Source: Thermoplasmata archaeon (GTDB taxonomy: Archaea > Thermoplasmatota > Thermoplasmata > UBA10834). From it: 64,000 nt of DNA. The notes below the pieces were generated by a model. The model was not told the DNA's origin. It was given only the letters and a program-made list of their open reading frames with translations, and did not search any database. This document shows, one piece after another, positions 46,775 through 57,241 of this stretch. Position 1 is the first letter of the stretch, and the number at the start of each line of letters is the position of its first letter. The stretch spans positions 717 to 64,716 of the forward strand of contig JAEHCM010000007.1 in assembly GCA_020696365.1 (NCBI GenBank), read 5' to 3'. A program made the position numbers and the translations under genes.

Positions 46775-48015
46775 GGATCGTACGCCCTCGCAATCATCTC
46801 GAGCGCCAGTAGCACCTCGGCGTCCTTCTTGTCGTCCGCCAGCATCCTCTCGGCGCAGAGCTTCATGTGCATCTCGATGTCGTCCAGGTTCTGCGCGGTC
46901 GGCGTGATTATGTCCGCGGTCTCGACCAGGCCGTCCTTGATGTCGTAGTGGTGATACAGTATGCCCCTCGGAGCCTCGACGGCGCCGGTACCGGACCCGG
47001 TCAGGCGGGTCGGCTCGGCCCTCTTCGGATCCTCCATCGACGCGACGAGCTCAGTCGTCTCCGGCATCTGTTCCAGCGCCCACAACATCTCTATCGCCTG
47101 GGCGAGGTTGTTCAGCAGCGGGTTCTTCAGCCAGCGGTCGCTGTAATGCTCCTTGAAGAAGTCGCCCGCCTGTCCGTCGAGGCGCTTGCCCATGTTGATC
47201 ATCCTGGCGTTGGCGCCGACCGCGAAGGTCTTGTCCTTGTACAGGGACCTCTTGGCGAACGAGTGCGGCACGACCCTCTCGGACGTGAGCTTCTTGTAGT
47301 CGTCCGCGTCCGTCTCCTCGCCGTCGGATATCAGGATGGAGTCGCCCGCGAGCCCGAACTTCTTCGCCGGGGCGTTGACGGACATGAATGTCGTCTCCGC
47401 CTCCGGGTACTCGGAATACTCCAGCGAACCGAAGAGCTCCACGGCCCGGACCGCGTCAGGTACGAGCTCCTTCGACCTCAGCGCTATCTCGCTCATCTGC
47501 TTCTTCGTCGGGTACTTCCCGAAGCCTCCGAGGCCCGGGTTCTCCCCGTGCACTATCCGCCCGCTCGTGACCTGCATCACGTGGTTGCCGAACTTCTTCA
47601 GCCTGAGCGCTCTCACCACGTCGTCACCGTAATCGTTCAACATCGCGACGGCCGATGGATATCCCAGGAAGTCCGGGAGCGCCAGCATGAACGTGTGGAG
47701 CGAGTTGCTTTCGACGTTCTCACCGAGCATCATCAGGTCGCGCATCACCTGGGCCTTCTCGGGCGGGTCGATGCCCAAGGCCTTCTCGAGCCCGCGTAAG
47801 GAGGCATACTTGTGCGAGAGTGTGCATATGGCGCAGATCCTCGGTACCACGTTCAGGTTGTCCTCGGGCGTCATGCCTACGACCATCTGCTCGATGAGCC
47901 TCGGCCCCTCATGTATGTCCAGCGTCACACTCTTGACCTTCTTCCCGTCGAGCGTGACGGTTATCCCGCCGTCCCCCTCGACCCTCGTGAGCGGAACTAC
48001 CTCGAGCGTCCTCAT
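46729..48015 (-). CDS. hydA: [NiFe] hydrogenase large (alpha) subunit, group 3b-like
   Basis: 428 aa with N-terminal RVEGDG and RICAICTLSH, and C-terminal DPCISCATH followed by the cleavable LVTLKRL. Confidence 0.85.
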   Translation of the reverse strand: MRTLEVVPLTRVEGDGGITVTLDGKKVKSVTLDIHEGPRLIEQMVVGMTPEDNLNVVPRICAICTLSHKYASLRGLEKALGIDPPEKAQVMRDLMMLGENVESNSLHTFMLALPDFLGYPSAVAMLNDYGDDVVRALRLKKFGNHVMQVTSGRIVHGENPGLGGFGKYPTKKQMSEIALRSKELVPDAVRAVELFGSLEYSEYPEAETTFMSVNAPAKKFGLAGDSILISDGEETDADDYKKLTSERVVPHSFAKRSLYKDKTFAVGANARMINMGKRLDGQAGDFFKEHYSDRWLKNPLLNNLAQAIEMLWALEQMPETTELVASMEDPKRAEPTRLTGSGTGAVEAPRGILYHHYDIKDGLVETADIITPTAQNLDDIEMHMKLCAERMLADDKKDAEVLLALEMIARAYDPCISCATHLVTLKRL

Positions 48016-48806
48016 TTCCCACCCTCCTTGGTATTCTTCTTGGCTGAGAGTTCTTTGACCATCTTGGCGACGACTGCACCGCCGAACTTCTTGATCTTCT
48101 TGATGATCTCATCGGCGTCGTAACCCTTCTCCTCCAGGAGGTTGTACTCCGCGCTGACATTGAGGTCGTCGGTCGGCCCCCAGCATCCGACGCACGGTAT
48201 GTTGTGCGACGGGCAAACGGCGCCGCAGCCCGCTTTCGTCAGCGGGCCAGCGCAGAACTTGCCCTCGGTCAGGATGCACGGGTTCTCCTTCCACTTGCAC
48301 TCGGTGCATACCGGGAAGCTGTAGAAGTACGGGTGCCTTCCAGCGACGACCTTCGTGACCGCCGACAGGAACTCCGTCTTGTCGATCGGGCAGCCAGGTA
48401 TCTTCATCTCGACCTTCACGAACGCATCGACAGGCTGCGCCTCGAAGGCCTTCGACACCTCGATCTTCGCGTTGCCGTAGACCTTTTTGTACCTCTCCTC
48501 GTAGCCGCCCTCCTCGAGCTTCATCGCCTGCGGGCCGCCCCAGCAGGCGCATGTGCCTATCGCGACGACCACCTTCGAGCGCTTCCTGATGTCCTTGAGG
48601 TGCTCCAGCTGCCCCTCCGTCGATATGGACCCCTCGACGAACGCGACATCCAGCTCGCCGTCGTCGTTGTCGCTCTTGGCCATCGCGAACGAGCGAATAT
48701 CCGTCGCACCGAACAGGTCCACGAGCTGGTCCTCGCAATTGAGCACCATCAGCTGGTCTCCCGCGCAGCCTGTGAAACCGTAGAACCCTATCTTAGGCGA
48801 TGACAT
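48012..48806 (-). CDS. hydD: [NiFe] hydrogenase small (delta) subunit
   Basis: 264 aa, ...GFTGCAGD...GTCACWGGP...GCP..., with C-terminal Cys clusters. Confidence 0.8.
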   Translation of the reverse strand: MSSPKIGFYGFTGCAGDQLMVLNCEDQLVDLFGATDIRSFAMAKSDNDDGELDVAFVEGSISTEGQLEHLKDIRKRSKVVVAIGTCACWGGPQAMKLEEGGYEERYKKVYGNAKIEVSKAFEAQPVDAFVKVEMKIPGCPIDKTEFLSAVTKVVAGRHPYFYSFPVCTECKWKENPCILTEGKFCAGPLTKAGCGAVCPSHNIPCVGCWGPTDDLNVSAEYNLLEEKGYDADEIIKKIKKFGGAVVAKMVKELSAKKNTKEGGK

Positions 48807-49695
48807 TGTCGCTCACCCCCTTTCCGATGAGTTCCTTCATATGAAGCACATCCCAGTATGTGAACACCGGGCCATCCATGCATGTGTACAGGTACTCGAT
48901 GGCGCAGTGGCCGCATTTGCCGACGCCGCACTTCATGCGCCTCTCCAGCGTCATCAGTATCTGGTGCTTGGGTACATTCAGCTTCACCAGGCGCTGCATG
49001 ACGTACTTGTACATTATCGGCGGGCCGCAGACCGCGGCAAAGGTGTTCTTGGCGTCGATCGGTCCGAGCTCCTTGAACAGGTCGGTCACGACGCCCTCCC
49101 TCTCGGTCCACTGGCCGGTGTCGTCCTTGTCCACGGTAAGAATGCACTTGAGGTCATCCCTATCCTTCAGCTGCATGAACTCCTCCCGGAACAGCATCTC
49201 CCCAGGGGTCCTCGCACCGTGGAGGTAGACGAGTTTGCCGAACTTGTCCCTGTTGTCCAGGACATAGAGCAGCAGCGACCTCAGAGACGCCACGCCCAGT
49301 CCTCCCGCGATGATCATTATGTCCTTGCCCTCCATCTTATCGATGGGGAAGCCGTTGCCGTAGGGGCCGCGGAGGCCAATGGTCTGGTTCTCCTTGAGGC
49401 CGAACAGCGTCTCCGTGAGTGTGCCGACCTTCCTTATGCAGAACTCCATGAGTCCAGGCCTGGAAGGCGTGGACGATATCGAGAATGGCGCCTCGCCCTC
49501 TCCGAGGACCGAGCCCATTATGAACTGGCCTGGGCGGTAGTTCATCTTGAGCACGTCGTCCACGTCGACGGCCCTCGCCTGAAAGAAGTTGACGTCGTTC
49601 GTGAGAGGATACCTCCGCACGATCCTCCACATCTCAGGCTGGTAGGGGTTCTCCTCGACCTCGCGGTCGTCGACGACCACGCAGAGCCTCTTCAC
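48793..49695 (-). CDS. hydG: hydrogenase gamma subunit (FNR-like FAD/NAD(P)-binding, C-terminal 2Fe-2S), GTG start
   Basis: GTG at 49695 overlaps the hydB stop (AAGTGAAG) and follows GGAGGTGGG. Sequence ...GPYGNGF...IAGGLG...CGVGKCGHC.... The ORF-track 508-aa version overlaps hydB. Confidence 0.8.
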   Translation of the reverse strand: MKRLCVVVDDREVEENPYQPEMWRIVRRYPLTNDVNFFQARAVDVDDVLKMNYRPGQFIMGSVLGEGEAPFSISSTPSRPGLMEFCIRKVGTLTETLFGLKENQTIGLRGPYGNGFPIDKMEGKDIMIIAGGLGVASLRSLLLYVLDNRDKFGKLVYLHGARTPGEMLFREEFMQLKDRDDLKCILTVDKDDTGQWTEREGVVTDLFKELGPIDAKNTFAAVCGPPIMYKYVMQRLVKLNVPKHQILMTLERRMKCGVGKCGHCAIEYLYTCMDGPVFTYWDVLHMKELIGKGVSDNVIA

Positions 49696-50714
49696 TTGCC
49701 CACCTCCTGCTCCTTGAGGGCCTTCGATACCGATACGACGTTTATATCCACCGGACATGTGGCGACGCATCTCCCGCAGCCGACGCACGCCGGCTTCCCG
49801 AACTCGCCTATGTACGCTTGGAGCTTGTGCGTGTACCACAGTTTCAGCCTGTCCGCCCTGCTGTCCCTGAAGTTGTGCCCTCCGGCGACGAGCGAGTACT
49901 CGCGGAACATGCAGCTGTCCCAGAACCGGTCCCTGGTGCCCTCGACCGTGCCGAGATCGACCTCGTCGACCACGTTGTAGCAGTTGCAGGTCGGGCACGC
50001 CATCGTGCACTGTCCGCATGACAGACACTTCTCGGCCAGCTCTTCCCACACTGGACTGTTGTATCCGAGCTCGAATATGTCCGGCATGCCTGTGAAGTCC
50101 GCCTTCGACGTGAACTGAGAGCTCTTCCAGTTCCTGTATTCCGTGTAATTCATTATGTCGTCCTTTCCGATGTCCCTGCTGAACAGCTCGGGCCTCATTC
50201 TGACAATGTCGTGGCCTCTGCTCGAGCCCACCCAGACTAAGTAGAACATCTTCAGGTCGGTGAAGAACAAGTCGAACCCCTCTGCGATGAACTCCGTGTC
50301 CGTCGCGAAGCACATGCACTTGTCGTCGGGTATGCAGCTGTGTCCGAGCAGGAGCGTTTTCTCTCGCCTCTCGGCGTAGTACGGGTCCTTGTACTCCTCT
50401 AGGAACAGCTCATCCATTATCTGGATGCCGTGTACGTCGCACGGGTGTATGCCGAAGAGTATCCTGTTCGGAACATCCCCGGTCCTCTCGACGTATCCCT
50501 TGTCGTCATAGTCGAACATGGTGAACCTTGGCGGGTATAGGAACTTCTTGGGCGGGATGATAGTTCTCGTCGCCTTCAGGTCCATCTGCGAGAGCGTCTC
50601 GACCTTCTCGAAAGCAACCCTCTCGCCCTTCCTCGTGGGACCCCACAGCTCTCCCCATTCCTTCGCGGATTCGAGGAATGCGGACAGGTCCTCTTTCTTC
50701 ATCTTCAGAATCAT
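49692..50714 (-). CDS. hydB: hydrogenase beta subunit (AsrA-like, 4Fe-4S dicluster)
   Basis: ~340 aa with CLSCGQCTMACPTCNC and CVGCGRCVATCP. Starts at the ATG at 50714 or the GTG at 50717. Confidence 0.8.
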   Translation of the reverse strand: MILKMKKEDLSAFLESAKEWGELWGPTRKGERVAFEKVETLSQMDLKATRTIIPPKKFLYPPRFTMFDYDDKGYVERTGDVPNRILFGIHPCDVHGIQIMDELFLEEYKDPYYAERREKTLLLGHSCIPDDKCMCFATDTEFIAEGFDLFFTDLKMFYLVWVGSSRGHDIVRMRPELFSRDIGKDDIMNYTEYRNWKSSQFTSKADFTGMPDIFELGYNSPVWEELAEKCLSCGQCTMACPTCNCYNVVDEVDLGTVEGTRDRFWDSCMFREYSLVAGGHNFRDSRADRLKLWYTHKLQAYIGEFGKPACVGCGRCVATCPVDINVVSVSKALKEQEVGK

Positions 50715-50822
50715 CACGCTATCTCATCCTTTCCTTCTCGTCTCACTTGTCATCTCTGGGGCTTGCGGCAAAACGTCGCCAGACCCGCCGATAAGCCCAG
50801 CGGATGAGGATATCGAGAGGGG

Positions 50823-50830
50823 ATATAAAA
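50823..50830 (-). promoter_or_regulatory. TATA box candidate (TTTTATAT) for the hydrogenase operon
   Basis: Minus strand reads CCGAATGTTTTTATATCCCC, about 105 nt upstream of hydB. Confidence 0.4.
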
Positions 50831-51136
50831 ACATTCGGAATAATGACTGAAGCTCGGTTGGAAAACATGCGAGATGCTCGATGCATGTGCTCCAAATACA
50901 GCTCGAAATCGACACATTTACGATTGTTAGCCGCTCTGGCACATCATGGGGCGACAGCACCAATGCGAGAGTCTCAGGTTCGATTGTTCGCCCGAGCCGC
51001 CGGTCGAGTGAGCAAAGGGCAGCAAAGAGCCCCGAAACCTACAAACCCTTTTTCGTTCATTCTTTCTTCATCATCCGCGTGATTGCGCGTTTTATGTTCA
51101 AACCCATGCGGCGCTGACGCTGAAGTGTAAGAGAAT

Positions 51137-51143
51137 AAAAAAA
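51137..51143 (-). terminator. oligo-T (T7) terminator candidate after 16S
   Basis: Minus strand reads CCATCTTTTTTTATTCTC, just 3' of the 3' half of the 16S processing stem. Confidence 0.5.
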
Positions 51144-51149
51144 GATGGT

Positions 51150-51160
51150 CGTTCGATGAC
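51150..51160. repeat. 3' arm of the 16S-flanking inverted repeat (processing stem)
   Basis: Plus-strand CGTTCGATGAC is complementary to GTCATCGAACG at 52842-52852. Confidence 0.6.
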
Positions 51161-51225
51161 GGATATGGTGATCGCAACTCTCACCAACGGTTTGGCGGAG
51201 GGGTAGTGCCCCTCCGTTGTTGCGT

Positions 51226-52694
<1,469 letters not shown>

Positions 52695-52841
52695 TGATCT
52701 GTCGTCTCATTTCATTACTACTAGCGGTCGCTCGATCGTACACTTAAACTAATTGGCAGAAACCCAATCGCACCGACTTGATCCCTGCATGTCACGGCAT
52801 TCGGAAATGCCGTCGCATATTTTTGCACGAAACCTCTATCT

Positions 52842-52852
52842 GTCATCGAACG
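52842..52852. repeat. 5' arm of the 16S-flanking inverted repeat (processing stem)
   Basis: See the partner at 51150-51160. Flanking bases continue pairing with mismatches, consistent with bulge-helix-bulge geometry. Confidence 0.6.
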
Positions 52853-53145
52853 TCAGAATCAAGAGGTCACGACGAAAGCCGGAGATCTTGATCCTCCATC
52901 ATGTCTGCGACAGATGGATTTAGGGTTGATCATCAGATCAGGCGAAAAACGCCTCCCTCCCAACCACCGCCGCTGTCGCAGCCAATAGGTTTGGGTAAGC
53001 CCCGCTAAGCCCGATGCCGTATTTATGCGTTTCGAACCTGGTCTTGGGGACGATTCATGCCGCCCCCGCGGGACCACCTGATATACATCTGCAGGCCGAC
53101 GTATAAGAGGGTTTCGCCCACAGGTTCGTCCGAGGGCACTGGAGG

Positions 53146-53439
53146 TCATCCCGTGAAGGCCGCGGAGAATATCTCGGCACCTGTCGGGACATGGACGAGC
53201 GTGAACGTGTATTCGGTTCCTGGGTCGAACACGTCCCCCGCGGTGACAGACAACTCGACACAGTCCCCAGTGTTCGCGAGGCCGTTCCCCTGGAGGTCTT
53301 GGACCGCGCACACGACGGAAAGGTCGCCCAGGGTCATCTCGTCCGATGACCATTGCACAGGATATCCTCCGTCGAGGTCGTGTGATGAGAGATTCCCCGG
53401 TTCACTGGGCCAACAAACCTTTAAGAAATGACTTCGCAT
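53146..53439 (-). pseudogene. possible N-terminally truncated archaeal pilin-like (DUF1628-like) ORF
   Basis: 97 aa from the ATG at 53439. The C-terminal part GDCVELSVTAGDVFDPGTEYTFTLVHVPTGAEIF resembles pilin-like C-termini. No class III signal peptide is present, and upstream in the same frame lies the antisense of tRNA-Ser. Confidence 0.3.
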
Positions 53440-53453
53440 TATGCAGAATCGCT

Positions 53454-53568
53454 GCGGGGATAGCCCAGCCCGGTAAGGCGCTGGATTGCTATCTCCTTCT
53501 CTGAGATTCGGAAGGGGCAAACATCCAGTGCTCGAGAGAGCTCGGGGGTTCAAATCCCCCTCCCCGCG
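53454..53568 (+). tRNA. tRNA-Ser(GCU) with 31-nt intron
   Basis: Acceptor GCGGGGA/TCCCCGC with discriminator G. 3-bp D stem. Anticodon stem CTGGA/TCCAG, loop TT-GCT-A[intron]A. Long variable arm GCTC-GAGA-GAGC. T arm GGGGG-TTCAAAT-CCCCC. Confidence 0.9.
53492..53522 (+). other. tRNA-Ser intron at canonical 37/38 position
   Basis: Removing these 31 nt restores a 7-nt anticodon loop and an 84-nt class II tRNA. Confidence 0.75.
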
Positions 53569-53930
53569 CCTCCACCCCAATAATGACTAATTGTCAGGGG
53601 GTCGCTGTTGTTCCTTGGTGGAGGAGATGATCGGAACGGATCTGACCAAGAGAGTGTTACGTTCTCGCATCGGTCCCAACGGCCAATCCATTGTAGGAGC
53701 TGCTGTCGGCCTGATCGTACTCCAATCTCCGGTGCGGGCGATGCTTGCTGCCAACGGAGGCAGGCCTGTGCGCATGCTCGGTAGATTCGCCGCGTTGTCC
53801 CCTCGGACGATATCTTCTTGGAAGTGAGATTTGCGGTTCGCTACTCGATCAGCTATGGGTGGTCTGTTCAATTGAATAGCAGGGTGCAGACCAACCACAT
53901 AAGGCGTGAGCTACTGGTCATTTGGTTATT

Positions 53931-53938
53931 TTTATATA
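53931..53938 (+). promoter_or_regulatory. TATA box (TTTATATA) for the PKD/ABC cluster
   Basis: GGTTATTTTTATATAGAG lies in a locally AT-rich stretch about 100 nt upstream of the TTG at 54038. Confidence 0.5.
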
Positions 53939-54037
53939 GAGTCAAGGCGTTGGCACTCGCCGTGCCTTCGGTTGGCATGTCTGGATACCATGTCCAGCAC
54001 ACGGCTGAAAACACTTCCTTGAGGGGGGAAGAGAACA

Positions 54038-56215
54038 TTGCACTTGCATCGCGGTCAGAGTGAGGAGTATCCCGCCAATCTCACCACTGCTGGTCGCGCG
54101 AACGCGTCCCGTCCCTTGATGGTTCTCGTCTTCCTCGTCCTATTCGTATCGTGTGTCTTGCCCAACTCAGCTATAGAATCCTGCAATCCCTGTCCCGACG
54201 GTTCCGAACCCGAGACGGGCGCCCATTCCCTGGCCATAGACGAGGTCAATGTTACGTTCGAATTCTCTCCGACACGGGTCTATCCTGGAGAGCCCGTGAA
54301 GTTCTACGTGAACGCCACGAGCTTCGATTCGATGGCAACCATCGAAGTCTCGATATACTACGACTACGAACTACCCGACGGCACAGTGAATCCGTATAGC
54401 CCGGTGTCCGTCAACGTCACAGGCACACCGGCTTACGTGGTGACCAGCTACACGTATGATCACATTGGCAACCTGTCCGATGCCGCCGGAACGTTTTTCC
54501 GACTTAGAGCGACTGTAACCGACGGGACTCCCATCTCGCCCAAGGGGGGCAGGATGTACGTGGTCGACAACGCAGCACCTAGTCTATCGGGCATCCCCCC
54601 CGCGATAATTGGTGATGTCGACTACAATCTGCCTTACAATGTGTCCTACGTCGTCCATGATTGGGACAGCGAGCTTGTGACGGCGACATGGGACTTCGGC
54701 GATGGCACCGACCCGGTTGTGAACGAGACAATCGCGACCCCCACGGGTTCATACATCCAACAGACCCACACTTGGGCCGTCATTCTCGAGCCTGGCAGGG
54801 ACGCGAGCGAGTCAAACCCATACAAATATTACATTCTATTCAACATGAGCGTGTCATTCGTGGATTCGGTCGGCCACGTGATATACTCGAACCACACGGT
54901 CAACATCACCCCGCCAGACAATGATGAACCGGATTCCAACTTCTGGGCCGCATCGTTGTACTCGTCCCCGGGTTATGATCTGGAATTCTTCGCCAACGCG
55001 ACTGACCATGAGGGCGACCCGATAACCTGGACATTCGTCTTCAACAATTCAATAGATGACTATCTCACGGAGGTGCGCCATACGGACCCGACCGATCCGA
55101 TGACGACGGTGTGGCAGAACATCACCCACGCCTTCCCTAGCGTCGGCACCTACGGCGTGACGCTGTTCATCAGCGATGCCCTCCCGCCTTATCAGATTGG
55201 GTTGCATAACCAATCACAGACCCTCAAGATCACGGTCTCAGACAATCGCGCGCCCGGAGTGTTGGCGAACATCACAGTGTTCCCGACGATTCCGAAGATC
55301 AATTCGACGCTGGGCTATGCCGAGGTGAAGTTCTCGATACAGGCGAATGACCCTGACGGTGACGTCATGTATCTGACTTGGGACCTCGGGGACGACGAAG
55401 GTGCGAGCAACGTCTCGCTCGGCGGCACACAGGTGTATACTTTCAGTCAGACACACCATTACGCGGTCGGTGGATCGTACAACGTTTCGGTCATCGTCGA
55501 TGATGCGCGCGGCCATACCGTTCTCAGGTACAAGCAAGTCTCAGTGCAGACAGACAACAATGCGCCCAAATTCGTGTCCATCGATCTCGATATGTCAAAC
55601 GGGATATTCGCACTTCCAGGTAGCACCGTCAACCTGACTGTAACCATCTCAGATGCGGAGTTGGACCCGGTGACGATGTGGGTCGACTTCGGAGATAACT
55701 CGTCCATCGTCATGGTGAACCTGACTGAGTTCACACCGGACAAGACGGTCTCGAGCAAAGTGACACATATCTACAACTCCACGGGCAAGTACAATGTCAC
55801 CATCTCGTTCACAGATGGAATGTACGGGACGTCGCACAACGTCACTGTCAATCTAACTATCGTGGTGAAGGTGCCGAGAGCAAGCACCGTGCGCGTGTGG
55901 GATTGGTGGGACACCACCAGTCTGGGATTGGTGGGCCTCGGCGTTTGCCTCATTCTCCTGAGGTGGCTCCTCATCGGCAGGTTCAGAAAGGACCTCGACG
56001 GAAAGGGAACGACCCTGGAAGAGTACCAACTTATCGTCAAGGAGCTGAGGGCAGAACGAAGTGCCGGTCTGAAGCGTGTGAAAGCTCAGGTCAAGAAGGA
56101 TAGCCTGGGCCGTGCGCGGGCGAAGAAGATGAAAGCCGACGTTCGGAATGGTTACAGGAAGAGCCGGCTGGACCTTCGGGCCGGAAAGCGGATCGAGATC
56201 GAAGGAGGACCGTGA
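54038..56215 (+). CDS. PKD-repeat surface glycoprotein with C-terminal TM anchor and basic cytoplasmic tail
   Basis: 725 aa. TTG start preceded by GAGGGGGG. Signal-like MVLVFLVLFVSCVL. About 5 Ig/PKD-like units (WDFGDGT, WDLGDDEG, VDFGDNSS). 24 N-x-S/T sequons in the ectodomain. TM LGLVGLGVCLILLRWLLIG, then a K/R-rich tail. Confidence 0.85.
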   Translation: MHLHRGQSEEYPANLTTAGRANASRPLMVLVFLVLFVSCVLPNSAIESCNPCPDGSEPETGAHSLAIDEVNVTFEFSPTRVYPGEPVKFYVNATSFDSMATIEVSIYYDYELPDGTVNPYSPVSVNVTGTPAYVVTSYTYDHIGNLSDAAGTFFRLRATVTDGTPISPKGGRMYVVDNAAPSLSGIPPAIIGDVDYNLPYNVSYVVHDWDSELVTATWDFGDGTDPVVNETIATPTGSYIQQTHTWAVILEPGRDASESNPYKYYILFNMSVSFVDSVGHVIYSNHTVNITPPDNDEPDSNFWAASLYSSPGYDLEFFANATDHEGDPITWTFVFNNSIDDYLTEVRHTDPTDPMTTVWQNITHAFPSVGTYGVTLFISDALPPYQIGLHNQSQTLKITVSDNRAPGVLANITVFPTIPKINSTLGYAEVKFSIQANDPDGDVMYLTWDLGDDEGASNVSLGGTQVYTFSQTHHYAVGGSYNVSVIVDDARGHTVLRYKQVSVQTDNNAPKFVSIDLDMSNGIFALPGSTVNLTVTISDAELDPVTMWVDFGDNSSIVMVNLTEFTPDKTVSSKVTHIYNSTGKYNVTISFTDGMYGTSHNVTVNLTIVVKVPRASTVRVWDWWDTTSLGLVGLGVCLILLRWLLIGRFRKDLDGKGTTLEEYQLIVKELRAERSAGLKRVKAQVKKDSLGRARAKKMKADVRNGYRKSRLDLRAGKRIEIEGGP

Positions 56216-56219
56216 CGCA

Positions 56220-57230
56220 ATGCCTCACAAATCCTTTAGAAAAGTGATACTCAAGAGGAGTTTCTTCGTCGTCCTCACGATATTCGGCATAATCACGGTC
56301 AACTTCCTCCTCGTCAATCTGATGCCTGGAGACCCGATACACAACATGATACCCAGGGACCCCAAGTTCAACGACGAGATTCGGTACCAACTCATAGATC
56401 AATTCCATCTGGACGCCCCGCTGTGGGAACGTTATCTGATCTACATGAAGAACACGCTCACTCTTGAATGGGGTGACTCGTACATGCAGGATCGGTCGGT
56501 TCTGGCCATCATCGGGGTGGCTATGTCCTGGACTCTGCTCCTCGTCGGATTTTCCACGGTGATCACGCTCTTACTGGGGATGTTCATCGGAGCCTACGCG
56601 GCTTACAGACGAGGCGGGGCGTTCGATCTTGGGAGCTCTGGCCTACTGCTCTTCTTCTACGGCATGCCGATATTCTGGTTCGCAATCATATTGCAACTGT
56701 TGTTCAACTCCTACCCCCTCGGAATGGATTGGTGGCCTCAGCTTCCTCTCGGTATGTATTATGATGTGGTCAAATATGATGAGTTCGAATGGAATCTCCC
56801 GGTAATCCTGAGCGTGATACAGCACATGATTCTGCCGGCGACAACCCTTGCCATCGGCTCTCTTGCCGGTGTGACGCTCGTGATGAGGAGTTCGCTCATC
56901 GATGTCATGACTGAGGACTACATCATGACCGCGAGGGCCAAGGGATTGACGGACTACGAAGTCCTCAGGCACCACGCGTTACCCAACGGACTTCCTCCGA
57001 TGATAGCTCTGATAGCAATGAGTATAGCGTTCGTGATAGGCGGCGCCTATCAGGTTGAAATCATCTTCAACTACCGGGGCATAGGATTCGTGACGATAAA
57101 GGCGATAGAAGACCTGGACTTCCCGATACTGCAGTTCGTCATCGTCGTCGGCGGCGTGGCGGTCGTCGTAGCCAATTTCATCTCGGATATCATATTGATA
57201 TATATCGACCCGAGGATAAAAATAGCGTGA
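56220..57230 (+). CDS. ABC transporter permease, OppB/DppB-like
   Basis: ATG at 56220 preceded by GGAGGA: MPHKSFRKVILKRSFFVVLTIFGIITVNFLLVNLMPGDP.... Confidence 0.85.
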   Translation: MPHKSFRKVILKRSFFVVLTIFGIITVNFLLVNLMPGDPIHNMIPRDPKFNDEIRYQLIDQFHLDAPLWERYLIYMKNTLTLEWGDSYMQDRSVLAIIGVAMSWTLLLVGFSTVITLLLGMFIGAYAAYRRGGAFDLGSSGLLLFFYGMPIFWFAIILQLLFNSYPLGMDWWPQLPLGMYYDVVKYDEFEWNLPVILSVIQHMILPATTLAIGSLAGVTLVMRSSLIDVMTEDYIMTARAKGLTDYEVLRHHALPNGLPPMIALIAMSIAFVIGGAYQVEIIFNYRGIGFVTIKAIEDLDFPILQFVIVVGGVAVVVANFISDIILIYIDPRIKIA

Positions 57231-57241
57231 GGGGTGTGAAA

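Noticed and set aside
51070-51100. C-box-like ATGATGA in the 16S-hydB spacer (possible C/D box sRNA)
   Set aside because: There is no CTGA D/D' box at the required 12-nt guide spacing and no terminal stem. The nearest CTGA is ~95 nt away.
53015-53050. tRNA-like T-loop string GGTTCGAAAC on the minus strand
   Set aside because: No complementary T-stem, acceptor stem or anticodon arm could be drawn around it.
53146-53580. 144-aa ORF-track entry covering tRNA-Ser
   Set aside because: Its N-terminal third is simply the antisense of the tRNA gene. Only the part downstream of the ATG at 53439 was retained, as a low-confidence pilin-like fragment.
53569-54037. Integrated mobile element at tRNA-Ser (small ORFs 53587-53898, 53591-53827)
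   Set aside because: No integrase, transposase or direct repeat of the tRNA 3' end was noticed, and the ORFs lack protein-like features. The region is more simply the spacer plus promoter of the PKD/ABC cluster. A duplicated att fragment cannot be fully excluded without a computed repeat search.
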